From Acidobacteriaceae bacterium (GTDB lineage Bacteria; Acidobacteriota; Terriglobia; Terriglobales; Acidobacteriaceae): a stretch of 64,000 nt of DNA. The stretch spans positions 87,940 to 151,939 of the forward strand of contig CBDIBU010000004.1 of NCBI GenBank assembly GCA_965277125.1. Reading direction: 5' to 3'. A program made the translations under genes and the position numbers. Under the pieces are notes generated by a model, which was not told the origin of the DNA, did no database searches, and worked only from the letters and a program-made list of their open reading frames with translations. This document shows positions 1-9,681 of this stretch, piece after piece. Numbering within the stretch: position 1 is the first letter of the stretch; every line of letters begins with the position of its first letter.

Positions 1-253
1 TCTTGGACGGGTTGAGTGACAGGATGCGGTCGTGGATCCACCCGAGACCAACCCGGCACCGCCGGCGTCTCCAAAGCACCCACCTCAAAAGCCTTGCCGT
101 ACCGGCTTCTGTGCGCGTTCCTTGCCCCTGATCGGTCCCGGCCCTGCCCGTTACGGGCGACCTCGCCCGTAAGTGGAACTCCCGATACATGGGGAAGGAA
201 AGTCTTTTCAGGAAGTTGCAGTCCAGTTTTTAGATCACGGAGCCACCAAGAGC

Positions 254-688
254 ATGTCCACCACGATCCCCAGCGGCAAGAACTTCAAGCGTAAGTGGTT
301 TGTCCTGGACGCCAGCGGCAAGACGCTTGGCCGCCTCGCCACCCACGCCGCCAACCTGCTCTCCGGCAAGCTGAACCCCCTCTATACCCCCTATATCGAC
401 ACCGGCGACCACGTTGTCGTCGTCAACGCCGGCAAGGTCGTCCTCACCGGCCTCAAGGCCGAGCAGAAGGTCTATCGCCGCTACACCGGCTTCCCCGGCG
501 GTCTGCGCGAAGAAAGCTTCCGCCGCCTGATCGAGCGCCGGCCGGAAAAGGTCATCGAGGAAGCCATCAAGGGCATGCTGCCTAAATCCAAGCTTGGCCG
601 CCAGATGGGCACCAAGCTCAAGGTCTACAAGGGTGCCGATCACCCGCACCTCGCCCAGCAGCCCCAACCCGCGGACATCGTCAGCTAA
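254..688 (+). CDS. rplM: 50S ribosomal protein L13 (uL13)
   Basis: ORF 173..688 trimmed to the ATG at 254 ([39 protein letters not shown]...). This is a typical L13 N-terminus, and rpsI follows directly as in the conserved rplM-rpsI pair. Confidence 0.95.
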   Translation: MSTTIPSGKNFKRKWFVLDASGKTLGRLATHAANLLSGKLNPLYTPYIDTGDHVVVVNAGKVVLTGLKAEQKVYRRYTGFPGGLREESFRRLIERRPEKVIEEAIKGMLPKSKLGRQMGTKLKVYKGADHPHLAQQPQPADIVS

Positions 689-770
689 GCCGCTCGAACC
701 CGGGCACGTAACGACAACGGCGTTTCTGTAATCCCAGCCCAGCAAACCAGTTCAGCAACACAGGAGCAGC

Positions 771-1166
771 ATGGCGGATTTGATTCAGTTCTACGGCACC
801 GGTCGACGCAAGTCGAGCATCGCGCGCGTCTTTCTGCGCCCCGGCAGCGGCAACTTCACGGTCAATAAAAAAGACGTCGACACCTACTTCGTCACTCCGC
901 AGCAGCGCGCCGCGGCGCGGCGGTCGCTCGGCGTTCCCGATATCGGCGAAACCTTCGACGTCATCACCACCGTTCGCGGCGGCGGCGTCATGGGCCAGGC
1001 CGATGCCGTCAAACTCGGCATCGCCCGCGCCCTCATGGAGTTCAACCCCGAGTTGCGCAAGGCTCTCAAGGCCGAGGGTCTGGTCACCCGCGACTCGCGT
1101 GGCAAGGAGCGTAAGAAGTACGGCCAGAAAGGCGCCCGCGCCCGCTTCCAGTTCTCCAAGCGATAG
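771..1166 (+). CDS. rpsI: 30S ribosomal protein S9 (uS9)
   Basis: 131 aa with [14 protein letters not shown], a GGG...GQA segment and a C-terminal [17 protein letters not shown], the characteristic S9 tail. Confidence 0.95.
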   Translation: MADLIQFYGTGRRKSSIARVFLRPGSGNFTVNKKDVDTYFVTPQQRAAARRSLGVPDIGETFDVITTVRGGGVMGQADAVKLGIARALMEFNPELRKALKAEGLVTRDSRGKERKKYGQKGARARFQFSKR

Positions 1167-1376
1167 AAGTTCCAGCAAAGTCTTTTGCCTTTGCTCGAAC
1201 GTTCTCGCCTCTGAATCTCCGGCGGAGGCGATCACACCCGATCACCTCGTCGATCGCACCACCCGCAGGCTCACCCCCGCGGCACGGAGTCAAATCTCCC
1301 CACCCCGGCCCACCGGGCGGGATCAATCCAGGCCACCGGCGACCACACCCGGCCGGCCTTCACCAAGGAGCCTCAT

Positions 1377-2303
1377 TTGGCTAACATCACTATGAAAGAA
1401 CTGCTCGAAGCCGGCGTCCACTTCGGCCATCAGACCAAGCGCTGGAACCCAAAGATGAAGGAGTACATCTTCGGCGAGCGCAACGGCATATACATCATCG
1501 ACCTCCAGAAGACGCTCAAGATGTTCAAGGATGCGTCCAAGTTCGTTACCGACCTGACCTCGACCGGAAAGCTCATCCTCTTTGTCGGCACCAAGCGCCA
1601 GGCGCAGGATGCCATCGCCGAAGAGGCGCAGCGCGCCGGCATGCCTTACATCAACTCCCGCTGGCTCGGCGGTCTGCTCACCAACTGGATCACTGTCCAA
1701 AAGTCCGTCAAGCGCCTCCAGGAGCTCGACGACATGTCCACCGACGGCCGCTACGAGCTGCTCACCAAAAAGGAAGTCATCAAGCTCGAGCGCGAGCGCA
1801 AAAGCCTCTCAACGTCGCTCTCCGGCATCAAGAACATGCGCCGCCTGCCCGACGCGCTCTTCGTCGTCGACTCCAATAACGAGGCCATCGCCGTTGCCGA
1901 AGCCCGCAAGCTCGGCATCCCCGTGGTCGCCGTCGTCGACACCAACTGCGATCCCACCGTGGTTGACTACGTCATCCCCGGCAACGACGACGCCCTGCGC
2001 GCCATCCGCCTGTTCACCACCAAGATCGCCGACTCCGCCGCTGAAGGCGTGCAGATGGTCTCCGACAAGGCCTTCCAGCAGGAGTACGCTGACGTCCAGC
2101 AGGCGCCCGTCGAGTCACACATCCTCGGGGAAGACCAGGAAGGCTTTGCCAGCGAGGAGACTCCGGCCGAGGCCATCGCCGAGGCTCCCGCGGAAGACGA
2201 GCCAGTCGACTTCGAGGCCGCTGTCGGCGGCAACATTCGCAAGGCCCCTGCCGCCGCGACCGTCCCTGAACCCGAGCCCGTCTCGGTCGAGACCGGCGCC
2301 TAA
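1377..2303 (+). CDS. rpsB: 30S ribosomal protein S2 (uS2)
   Basis: [27 protein letters not shown] is the S2 signature N-terminus. TTG start at 1377 lies 6 nt after AAGGAG; an ATG at 1392 is the alternative. Acidic C-terminal extension. tsf follows. Confidence 0.95.
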   Translation: MANITMKELLEAGVHFGHQTKRWNPKMKEYIFGERNGIYIIDLQKTLKMFKDASKFVTDLTSTGKLILFVGTKRQAQDAIAEEAQRAGMPYINSRWLGGLLTNWITVQKSVKRLQELDDMSTDGRYELLTKKEVIKLERERKSLSTSLSGIKNMRRLPDALFVVDSNNEAIAVAEARKLGIPVVAVVDTNCDPTVVDYVIPGNDDALRAIRLFTTKIADSAAEGVQMVSDKAFQQEYADVQQAPVESHILGEDQEGFASEETPAEAIAEAPAEDEPVDFEAAVGGNIRKAPAAATVPEPEPVSVETGA

Positions 2304-2434
2304 ACTCACCGAGCTCCGACGCGGCATCGAGAGCGTGGGGGTCGGCGCCGCACGCACCCGCGGCTACGCTCCACGCTCTTCTCACGCCTGGCCCCGTCCA
2401 CCCAGCCATCGCAACCGCCAAGGATACTGACCTC

Positions 2435-3106
2435 ATGAGCACTGCCGCAGAAACCACCAAAATCGACTCCAAACTCGTCAAGGAGCTGCGCGAAAAATCC
2501 GGCGCGCCCATGGGCGACTGCCTCAAAGCCCTCCAGGAGACCAAGGGCGACATGGAGCAGGCCTTCGTCGTCCTGCGCAAGCGCGGCATGGCGTCCGCCG
2601 CGAAGAAAGCCTCACGCTCCACCAACGAGGGCGCGGTCGGCACCTACATCCACGCAGGCGGCAAGATCGGCGTGCTCGTCGAGCTCAACTGCGAGTCCGA
2701 CTTCGTCGCTCGCACCGACGACTTCCAGACCCTGTTCCGCGACATCGCCATGCACATCGCCGCCACCGACCCGCGCTACGTCCGCCGCGACGATGTGACC
2801 GCCGCCGACCTCGATCGCGAAAAGGACATCTACCGCTCCCAGGCCGCCGCCACCGGCAAGCCCGCGCCGGTCGTCGAAAAGATCGTCGAAGGCAAGATGT
2901 CGAAGTTCTACGAGGAGGTCTGCCTCCTCGACCAGCCCTTCATCAAGGAGCAGTCCCAGACCATCGGCCAGCTCATCGCCGCCACCGTCGCCAAGCTCGG
3001 CGAAAATATCTCCGTCCGTCGCTTTGCCCGCTTCAAGGTCGGCGACCCCAACTGGACCGTCGCCACCACCCGGCTCGCTGCCGAAGACACCGACACCCAG
3101 TCCTGA
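2435..3106 (+). CDS. tsf: translation elongation factor Ts
   Basis: 223 aa. N-terminal UBA-like LVKELREKSGAPMGDCLKALQET plus the GKIGVLVELNCESDFVART core; conserved position after rpsB. Confidence 0.95.
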   Translation: MSTAAETTKIDSKLVKELREKSGAPMGDCLKALQETKGDMEQAFVVLRKRGMASAAKKASRSTNEGAVGTYIHAGGKIGVLVELNCESDFVARTDDFQTLFRDIAMHIAATDPRYVRRDDVTAADLDREKDIYRSQAAATGKPAPVVEKIVEGKMSKFYEEVCLLDQPFIKEQSQTIGQLIAATVAKLGENISVRRFARFKVGDPNWTVATTRLAAEDTDTQS

Positions 3107-3294
3107 TCCTGTGTGGCCCCACACGGGCGCGGCGCATCTAACCCCGCCGACTCACATCACGGAACCCGGAGCCTTCTGGCACTGGGTTTTCTATTGTGCC
3201 CAAAAGTTACTTACTGCACTATAGTCACAGTTGTACTGATTACCGACCCCACCAGACACGCCCCGCGCTCACGCGCCCTGAAGGTACCCGCTCG

Positions 3295-4458
3295 ATGCCT
3301 TCCTCCATCTCGCTCATGCCGCACGCCGTCTGCTGGGCCGCCGCTCCCCGGCTGATCTGGACCATGGTGGTCACCAATCTGGTCACTGCTCTGAGTTATC
3401 TGATTATCTGTCTCACCCTGCTCTTTCTGGCGCGCCGCACCCGGCGAGTCATCACCGGCGACTGGCGTTTCTTCGTTGTCGGCTTTGCCCTGTTTATCGT
3501 CGCCTGCGGCTCCACGCACCTGCTTGAGGTTGTGACCACCTGGATCCCCGTCTTTTGGGCCGACGCCTGGACCAACATCCTCACCGCCTGCCTCTCCGCC
3601 TTGGTGGCGCTCATGCTCATCCGGCGAGCACCCGCCATCGGCTTCGGTATAAACGACTACGCGGCCCGACTCGCTCGCAGCGAAAGCGAAAAACAGCAGA
3701 TGCAAGAAAGCCTGCTCGCCGCGCAAAAGCTCGAAGACTGGAGCCGCCTCTCCGCCGTGCTCGCGCACGAGATGCGTCAGCCGCTCGATGCGATCCAGAG
3801 CCTGCTTTACATGATCCGGACCACAGACGGCATCTCGCCCGAGGCCGCGCGGTTCGCCGACACCGCCACCGAAGAAGCCGAACGTATCACCACCCTCTCG
3901 CGCTCCGCGCTGTCGTTCTTCCGCAATGGCGAGACGCCGGAGCCGACCGATCTGGCCGCGGCGGCCGAGTCCGTACGGTTCCTGGTCGCGCCACATCTCG
4001 CCGAGACCCAGGCGGAACTCGAGATCTGCACCCTGGGCGACACCACCGTGGAGGCTCTCCCCGGGGAAACCCGGCAGGTGCTGCTGAATCTCGTCCGCAA
4101 TGCCTGCGAGGCCACCACCCACGCCGGCGAACGCGTCAGCGTCCGCATCGAAGGCCACAGCGACGACGTCGAGATCGTCGTGAGCGATCACGGCAGCGGC
4201 ATGGATCCTTCGGCCTTAGCGACCCTCTTCGAGTTCGGCCGCAGCACTAAGGGCAGCGCCGGCCACGGTATGGGCCTATGGACGGTGAAGCACATCCTCG
4301 ATAAGCACCAGGCGGACATTCGCGTGCGATCAATCCCCGGCCAGGGATCTCACTTCACCATCCGCTGGCCGCGAAGCTACACACCGCGGGAGCGCACCGC
4401 AGTCGCCATGGCCGGCCTGGCCTGCCCTCCAGCCGTAGCGGCCAACATCCCTATGTAG
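3295..4458 (+). CDS. sensor histidine kinase with ethylene-receptor-like three-helix N-terminal domain
   Basis: ORF 3196..4458 trimmed to the ATG at 3295. H-box LAHEMRQPLDAI; N-box LLNLVRNACEAT; DHGSGM and GHGMGLWTV ATP-lid motifs. The N-terminal three TM helices carry FIVACGSTHL. No response regulator is adjacent. Confidence 0.85.
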   Translation: MPSSISLMPHAVCWAAAPRLIWTMVVTNLVTALSYLIICLTLLFLARRTRRVITGDWRFFVVGFALFIVACGSTHLLEVVTTWIPVFWADAWTNILTACLSALVALMLIRRAPAIGFGINDYAARLARSESEKQQMQESLLAAQKLEDWSRLSAVLAHEMRQPLDAIQSLLYMIRTTDGISPEAARFADTATEEAERITTLSRSALSFFRNGETPEPTDLAAAAESVRFLVAPHLAETQAELEICTLGDTTVEALPGETRQVLLNLVRNACEATTHAGERVSVRIEGHSDDVEIVVSDHGSGMDPSALATLFEFGRSTKGSAGHGMGLWTVKHILDKHQADIRVRSIPGQGSHFTIRWPRSYTPRERTAVAMAGLACPPAVAANIPM

Positions 4459-4469
4459 CACCGGCCCGG

Positions 4470-4739
4470 TTACTTCTCCTCCACCTCGACCGCGTGCTGC
4501 CGCTCATACGCTTCATACTCCGCGGTCTTGCCCTCGGCATCGTACTTCGCCGCCCGAGCCCGGTCGACCAACGCATCGCCCGCGTCCTTCACATTGCCCC
4601 ACGCCTCGCGCGCGCCACCCTGCAGCTGGTCCTCTTTGCCGGCGACCTTCAGGTTCTCGTCGCCCACCAGCGCACCCGCCGCCTCTTCAATGTGCCCGCC
4701 GATCTTCTGGAGCACGCCTTTAATCTTGTCGTCGTTCAT
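4470..4739 (-). CDS. CsbD-family stress protein
   Basis: ORF 4470..4943 trimmed to MNDDKIKGVLQKIGGHIEEAAGALVGDENLKVAGKEDQLQGGAREAWGNVKDAGD. The KGxxxxxxGxxxE...G..D...AGK...GK pattern is typical of CsbD-like proteins. Confidence 0.8.
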   Translation of the reverse strand: MNDDKIKGVLQKIGGHIEEAAGALVGDENLKVAGKEDQLQGGAREAWGNVKDAGDALVDRARAAKYDAEGKTAEYEAYERQHAVEVEEK

Positions 4740-4848
4740 GACCGTTTCTCCTGGTTCTCCTGCGCTACCAGGATAGGGTGCGGACAGCAGAGCCGGGGTT
4801 GGCTGCCCCTGATCTTCCGCGCTCTTGATCTCCGTCAGGTACCGCTGT

Positions 4849-5763
4849 CTACTGCATGCTGGCCAGCAACTTCGTGAACCGCGCAAATCCCTCGTTCCAG
4901 GCTTGCTTGTTCTCGGGTGTCGCATCCGGCGCCTGCCCGGCACGCATGAATCCGTGCCCTGCCCCCGCGTATGTCACTGGATCAAACGTCTTCCCCGCAG
5001 ACGCCATCGCCGCCGTCGTCATCGGCAGCGTCGCCGTGATCCGCGCGTCGTTACCCGCATAGAACCCATACACCGGCGCCGTGATATTCCGCATGCCGCT
5101 GTCCGGCGACGGCCCATAGAAGACAAACGATCCCGCCAGCCCCTTGCGATGCGTCGCAAACGCAAACGTCTTGCCGCCACCCCAGCAAAATCCCGCCACC
5201 GCCAGCTTCCCGTTCGCCGATGCGATCTTCCCCGCATAGTCCGCGACCGCGTCCAGATCGGCCAGCACCTGCTCGGCCGGCAGCCCGGAGACCGCCTGCA
5301 CAATGCTGTCCACCGAGCCGTAGCTGTCCGTTCCCATGGCAGCCGTGGGTGTGTGCGCCGCGGCTGTCGTGGCATCCACATGCATCGCCCCATGCCCACC
5401 CGCCGGTCCAGTCACCTGACCCGCCGCCAGCGGCGCACCGGGACTCGTGCCTGACAACAGATCCGGCGCCATCACGATGTACCCCTTCGCCGCTAGCTCA
5501 TCCGCCATCAACTTCGCCCAGTCCGACAGCCCGAAGATCTCGTGGATCAGCAGCACCACCGGCGCCTTGCCCGGGCTCTCCGGATACACCACCAACGTAT
5601 TCACCGTCCGTCCCGCGGCCGTCTTCACCGGCACATACTCGCGATGCCGCGGGCTCTTATTCAGCGCCGCCCGCGCCCACTCCTGCGTCCACCCCCGTGG
5701 CGCGCCAAGCACGAGGGCAACAAGAACAAGCAACGCACGACGAAGACAAAGCGGTCTGATCAT
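4849..5763 (-). CDS. dienelactone hydrolase family protein (secreted)
   Basis: Signal-like N-terminus MIRPLCLRRALLVLVALVLGAP. LLIHEIFGLSDWAKLMADELAAKGYIVMAPDL and the nucleophile-elbow-like AVAGFCWGGG are typical of the DLH alpha/beta fold. Confidence 0.85.
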   Translation of the reverse strand: MIRPLCLRRALLVLVALVLGAPRGWTQEWARAALNKSPRHREYVPVKTAAGRTVNTLVVYPESPGKAPVVLLIHEIFGLSDWAKLMADELAAKGYIVMAPDLLSGTSPGAPLAAGQVTGPAGGHGAMHVDATTAAAHTPTAAMGTDSYGSVDSIVQAVSGLPAEQVLADLDAVADYAGKIASANGKLAVAGFCWGGGKTFAFATHRKGLAGSFVFYGPSPDSGMRNITAPVYGFYAGNDARITATLPMTTAAMASAGKTFDPVTYAGAGHGFMRAGQAPDATPENKQAWNEGFARFTKLLASMQ

Positions 5764-5997
5764 GCGCTGGAGTGTACGTGCCGCACCTGCCCTGACAACG
5801 GCCCAAGCCCGAATGCAACGGCGGGCTGATCGTCGCCGTGTTCACCTCGCGCGCCCCATGGTGTGCTTCTGAAAGAGATCGCGGTGCAGGACGCGGGGTG
5901 TTCAGCACGCGGCAATTTCACCGCTGAACCGTGCGCCCCATCGTCGCCATTTACTCCACAAACGAGAAATCCTCAGCAGATCCGTCATCTCACTCCC

Positions 5998-8049
5998 ATG
6001 AGTGCAAGGAGGCGAGCCGACGGCATGAGTCAGCAGATAGCAGAAGAGGCGATCACGCCGAGCACGAAGCGTCAGGCAGCAGACCGCCCCACCCGCCGCG
6101 CAGACGCCCATCCTCCCGCACCGAAGTCTGCCCGCAGACGCTCCTCACTCACTCCAGCGCCACGAGCAACCAAGATCTCCTGGCCGAAGATCCTCCAGGC
6201 GGCGCAGCAGCGCTTCGGCATTGAGCGCTTCCGCTCCGGCCAGAAGGCCGTACTCGAGCAGGTCTTCGCCGGCCACAGCGTCCTCGGCCTGATGCCGACC
6301 GGCGCCGGCAAAAGCCTCACCTATCAACTCCCCGCGCTCTTCCTACCCAAACCCGTCGTCGTCGTCAGCCCGCTCATCGCCCTCATGCAGGATCAGCAGC
6401 AGCACGCCGCCGAGGCCAACCTTGCCGTCGAAAAGATGGATTCAACCCTCAACGCGCGCGAGCTGCACCGCGCCGAAGAAGAGATCGCCGGCGGCATCGC
6501 CCAGCTCATCTATGTCACCCCCGAGCGGCTCGAAACGCCGGAGTTCCTCGACGAGCTCAAGGCAGCCGGCGGCATCTCGCTTCTGGTCGTCGACGAAGCC
6601 CATTGCATCGCGCAGTGGGGTCACGACTTCCGCCCGGCGTATCTCTGTATCGGCCAGGCACGCAAAGTCCTCGGCATGCCCCCGGTCCTCGCTCTCACGG
6701 CGACCGCCACCAAGGCCGTCGTCGACGAAATCCTCGACAGCCTGCACGCCCACAATGCGAGAATCGTCAACGCCGGCACCGAGCGCACCAACCTGCACCT
6801 CCGCGTGCACGCCACCGTCAACACCGAGGCCAAGCTCGCCCGCGTCACCTCCCTGCTGGAACAGGAAGAGGGCACCGGCATCATCTACACCGCCAGTGTG
6901 CGCACGGCCGACGAGCTCCACGCCTGGCTCAGCGACCACGCCGTCTCCGTCGGCCGCTACCACGGCAAAATGTGCGCCTCGGAGCGCAAGCGCGTCCAGG
7001 ACGAGTTCATGGCCGGCAGCCACAAGGTCATGATCGCCACCAAGGCCTTCGGCCTCGGCATCGACAAGCCCGACATCCGCTTCGTCTTCCACTACGAGTT
7101 CCCCGACTCCCTCGAAACCTACTATCAGGAGGCCGGCCGCGCCGGTAGAGACGGCCTGCCCAGCCGCGCCGTCCTGCTCTATCGCCTCGAAGACAAGCGC
7201 ATCCAGAGCTTCTTCATGGCAGGCCGCTACCCCACCCTCCACGACCTCGAAGCCGTCTGGGAGGCCATCCGCGGCACCGCGGCACCTACCACCACCGACC
7301 ACCCAGCCACTGCTCACGCCAATCAGCCCGCGAACGTGCCCTCCCCCGACGCATCCTTACCCACCTCCGCGCCACTGGACGCAAAAGACATCGCCCAGCG
7401 CTCCGGCGTCAGCCAGCGCAAGACCGCCGTCGTCCTGCATCTGCTCGAAGAGGCCGGTCTCATCCGCAAAGGCAAGCGGGGCTTCTCGCTCAAACAGACC
7501 CACGCTCCCACCGACGCCGCCCTCGTCGAGATGCTTCAGGTCTACACCGACCGCGCCCGGAACGATCGCGATCGGCTCGGCCAAATGATGCACTACGCCG
7601 AAACCTCCGGCTGCCGCATGCAGGTCATCCGCCAGTACTTCGGCGAGCCTAAGGGCGAGCCCTGCGGCCGCTGCGACAACTGCGAGCACCCCGCCGAAGC
7701 CCAACTCCTCCCCTCGCATGCGCGGACCACGCCCGCCGAGACCGACACGCCCCTCCAGCACAGCGGCCTGCTCGCCGTCAGCGCCGGCGAGGCGAGGCGC
7801 GCTGACCAGGCCCACGATGGTTCGGCCGTCGTCCGTATCGAAACCCCGATCGGCACCATCGTCACCACCGCCCCTGAGACCCTTTCCCGGGCCGTCGAAG
7901 AGAGCAGTGTCCACGTGGGCGACCGCGTCCGCCATAAGCAGTTCGGCGACGGCAAGGTACTCGACACCCATGACAACGTTGCCGTGGTCCGCTTTCCCGC
8001 CGTCGGCGAAAAAACCGTCAAGGTCGCCTTCCTGGAAGCGTCTTCCTAG
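5998..8049 (+). CDS. recQ: RecQ-family ATP-dependent DNA helicase with basic N-terminal extension and Tudor-like C-terminal tail
   Basis: PTGAGKSLTYQLPA (Walker A), DEAHCIAQWGHDFRPAY (DEAH), ATKAFGLGIDKPDIRFVFHY, QEAGRAGRDG and the Zn motif CRMQVIRQYFGE..CGRCDNC. The start is uncertain: ATG at 5998 or 6025, with the ORF open from 5863. Confidence 0.85.
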   Translation: MSARRRADGMSQQIAEEAITPSTKRQAADRPTRRADAHPPAPKSARRRSSLTPAPRATKISWPKILQAAQQRFGIERFRSGQKAVLEQVFAGHSVLGLMPTGAGKSLTYQLPALFLPKPVVVVSPLIALMQDQQQHAAEANLAVEKMDSTLNARELHRAEEEIAGGIAQLIYVTPERLETPEFLDELKAAGGISLLVVDEAHCIAQWGHDFRPAYLCIGQARKVLGMPPVLALTATATKAVVDEILDSLHAHNARIVNAGTERTNLHLRVHATVNTEAKLARVTSLLEQEEGTGIIYTASVRTADELHAWLSDHAVSVGRYHGKMCASERKRVQDEFMAGSHKVMIATKAFGLGIDKPDIRFVFHYEFPDSLETYYQEAGRAGRDGLPSRAVLLYRLEDKRIQSFFMAGRYPTLHDLEAVWEAIRGTAAPTTTDHPATAHANQPANVPSPDASLPTSAPLDAKDIAQRSGVSQRKTAVVLHLLEEAGLIRKGKRGFSLKQTHAPTDAALVEMLQVYTDRARNDRDRLGQMMHYAETSGCRMQVIRQYFGEPKGEPCGRCDNCEHPAEAQLLPSHARTTPAETDTPLQHSGLLAVSAGEARRADQAHDGSAVVRIETPIGTIVTTAPETLSRAVEESSVHVGDRVRHKQFGDGKVLDTHDNVAVVRFPAVGEKTVKVAFLEASS

Positions 8050-8154
8050 AACCAGTACCGACCCGTACCCTTCGCGGCGTAGAGCAGCTCATGGCTAAAG
8101 CCAAACATCCGGAGCAGATACCTCGCGCACCCGTGCCAGGTGCGGTGTTCGAGG

Positions 8155-9141
8155 TCAGCCCGCCAGCGCCGCCTGGATCGAATAGTCCACGTACAGCTCG
8201 TAGATCGTCTCGTGGATCGCCCGGCACTCTGTCTTGATATGCGCCAGATATGCCAGCACATCGCCGTCGAGAATCTCCTCGACCGAGGAGTAGGAGAGCG
8301 TCGCCTGCAGTCGTCCGGCGCGGCGCCGCAGCGGCTCCGCCCGCAGCTTGCCGCTCTCCCCCTGGATCGCCTCCAGCGCGCTTTGCAGGCTGTCGATCGA
8401 AAATCGCAGCGCATGCGGAAACGCCTTGTCCAGCAGCAGAAACTCCAGAATCTGCTCCGGCGTCAGATCCGCCGTGTACACCTTGCAGTACGCCTCAAAG
8501 GCGGTCGCCGAGCGCAGCAGCCCCATCCAGTCCAGGTACTGCGTCGCCTCGTGCAGCTCGTCCGCGGGCTGCCACATGTCCGGAAAATACGCTTCCAGCA
8601 GCATCGCCGTCGCCGTCGCGCGCTCGATAAACCGCCCTACCTGGATAAACTGCCAGCCCTCGCCGTGGCTCACCGTCGAGTCCGTCACGCCCTGAAAATG
8701 CTGTACCGCCTCCATCACCTGCTGCAGAAACTCCGTCGGCTGCTCATTGCCTACCATCAGCGCTTCGGCGTGCATATCGCTCTGCATCTCCGGCCGCGTC
8801 ACCTGCAGATACAGTGAGTTCAGCCGCGCCCACATCTCGGTCGAAATCTGCTCGCGCACATTGCGCGCATTCTCCCGCGCCGCGAAGATGCAGCCCAGGA
8901 TCGACGACTTGGTGGACGTATCGAACGTCAACGTCCGCGTCAGGTCGTACGGGTTGCCGTCCCACGTCACGTGCTTCGGGTTGCCCAACGCCAGCAGCAC
9001 CCGCTGCCATCGCCGCTCCGCCGACGTGGGCCCCTCATCCAGCATCAGGTTCAGATTCACATCGAGCAGCCGCGTCGTATGCTCCGCACGCTCCAGATAG
9101 CGACTCATCCAGTAAAGGCTGTCAGCGACACGGCTCAGCAT
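8155..9141 (-). CDS. alpha-E domain-containing protein (ATP-grasp partner)
   Basis: MLSRVADSLYWMSRYLERAEHTTRLLDVNLN is the hallmark N-terminus of alpha-E (DUF403) proteins, which are encoded downstream of circularly permuted ATP-grasp genes. Confidence 0.85.
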   Translation of the reverse strand: MLSRVADSLYWMSRYLERAEHTTRLLDVNLNLMLDEGPTSAERRWQRVLLALGNPKHVTWDGNPYDLTRTLTFDTSTKSSILGCIFAARENARNVREQISTEMWARLNSLYLQVTRPEMQSDMHAEALMVGNEQPTEFLQQVMEAVQHFQGVTDSTVSHGEGWQFIQVGRFIERATATAMLLEAYFPDMWQPADELHEATQYLDWMGLLRSATAFEAYCKVYTADLTPEQILEFLLLDKAFPHALRFSIDSLQSALEAIQGESGKLRAEPLRRRAGRLQATLSYSSVEEILDGDVLAYLAHIKTECRAIHETIYELYVDYSIQAALAG

Positions 9142-9237
9142 TTGGGAAAGCTCCGAAGTGTGTCAGGCGCTCTGACCAGTAAGAGCAAGCGCCATTCCCA
9201 ACGTTCTCGTCTTGGTTTCGACTATTCACTTGCTGTC

Positions 9238-9681
9238 TTACTGGCTACGATCAACGGCGTGCTCTTCCTCTTTATGACGGAGAGCTCGAGCTACGTAGAT
9301 GAAAGAATCCCGCATCATCAGGAGCGGCACGCCGAGGCGTTCAGAAAGTTCTCTCAGCTCAGAGTCATCAAAGATGAAATCAGCAAGTGAGGACTCATCA
9401 GAAACAAACACGTAGCCAAGCCACTCCTCTTCCGTTTCTTCAGGCTCCTTGACGATGGATGCGATATGCCACAGCACTCGATCAATCTCTGCTCTATATT
9501 GTTCGACGCGGTCTGTTGATGCAAATTCGATCTTCTTTGCCATAAGTAAAAATGCAGAACTGGTTCTATTCTGTTGAGCCTCGGCAAGCTTTATCTCTTC
9601 GCAATAGCCCTGTTGTTCCGCTGCTGCATGGTACAGCGAAATTAGCGTCCTTCGGTCAGCGGCTGCTTGGACCAGCGGCAT
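9238..9681 (-). CDS. hypothetical acidic protein (AT-rich orphan, probably translationally coupled to the upstream ATP-grasp gene)
   Basis: The only long ORF across the AT-rich stretch ~9185..9690. The ATG at 9681..9679 overlaps the ATP-grasp TGA (9683..9681) as TGATG; an upstream ATG at 9699 is also in frame. Acidic EPEETEEEW segment. I recognise no family. Confidence 0.5.
   Translation of the reverse strand: MPLVQAAADRRTLISLYHAAAEQQGYCEEIKLAEAQQNRTSSAFLLMAKKIEFASTDRVEQYRAEIDRVLWHIASIVKEPEETEEEWLGYVFVSDESSLADFIFDDSELRELSERLGVPLLMMRDSFIYVARALRHKEEEHAVDRSQ

Noticed and set aside
151-172. Hairpin TTACGGGCGA-cc-TCGCCCGTAA upstream of rplM, as a possible L13 leader or terminator.
   Set aside because: There is no U-tract, the loop is tiny, the window begins only 150 nt upstream so context is missing, and I cannot match it to a known leader by eye.
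5863-5997. N-terminal 45 codons of the RecQ ORF as given in the ORF track. Similar 5' extensions are 173..253 (rplM), 3196..3294 (kinase), 15040..15420 (GH15), 42749..42910 (RDD), 48185..48385 (mutY) and 57101..57220.
   Set aside because: These extensions overlap neighbouring genes or repeat elements, or lack protein-like sequence. Downstream starts match family N-termini or have better Shine-Dalgarno context.
8046-8160. Short protein-like tail (…WHGCARYLLRMFGFSHELLYAAKGTGRYWF) downstream of the alpha-E gene, possibly a remnant of the transglutaminase-like third gene of such operons.
   Set aside because: Only ~35 codons are present with no credible start, and the resemblance to the transglutaminase core Cys motif is too weak to call by eye. 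It needs tblastn against intact operons.
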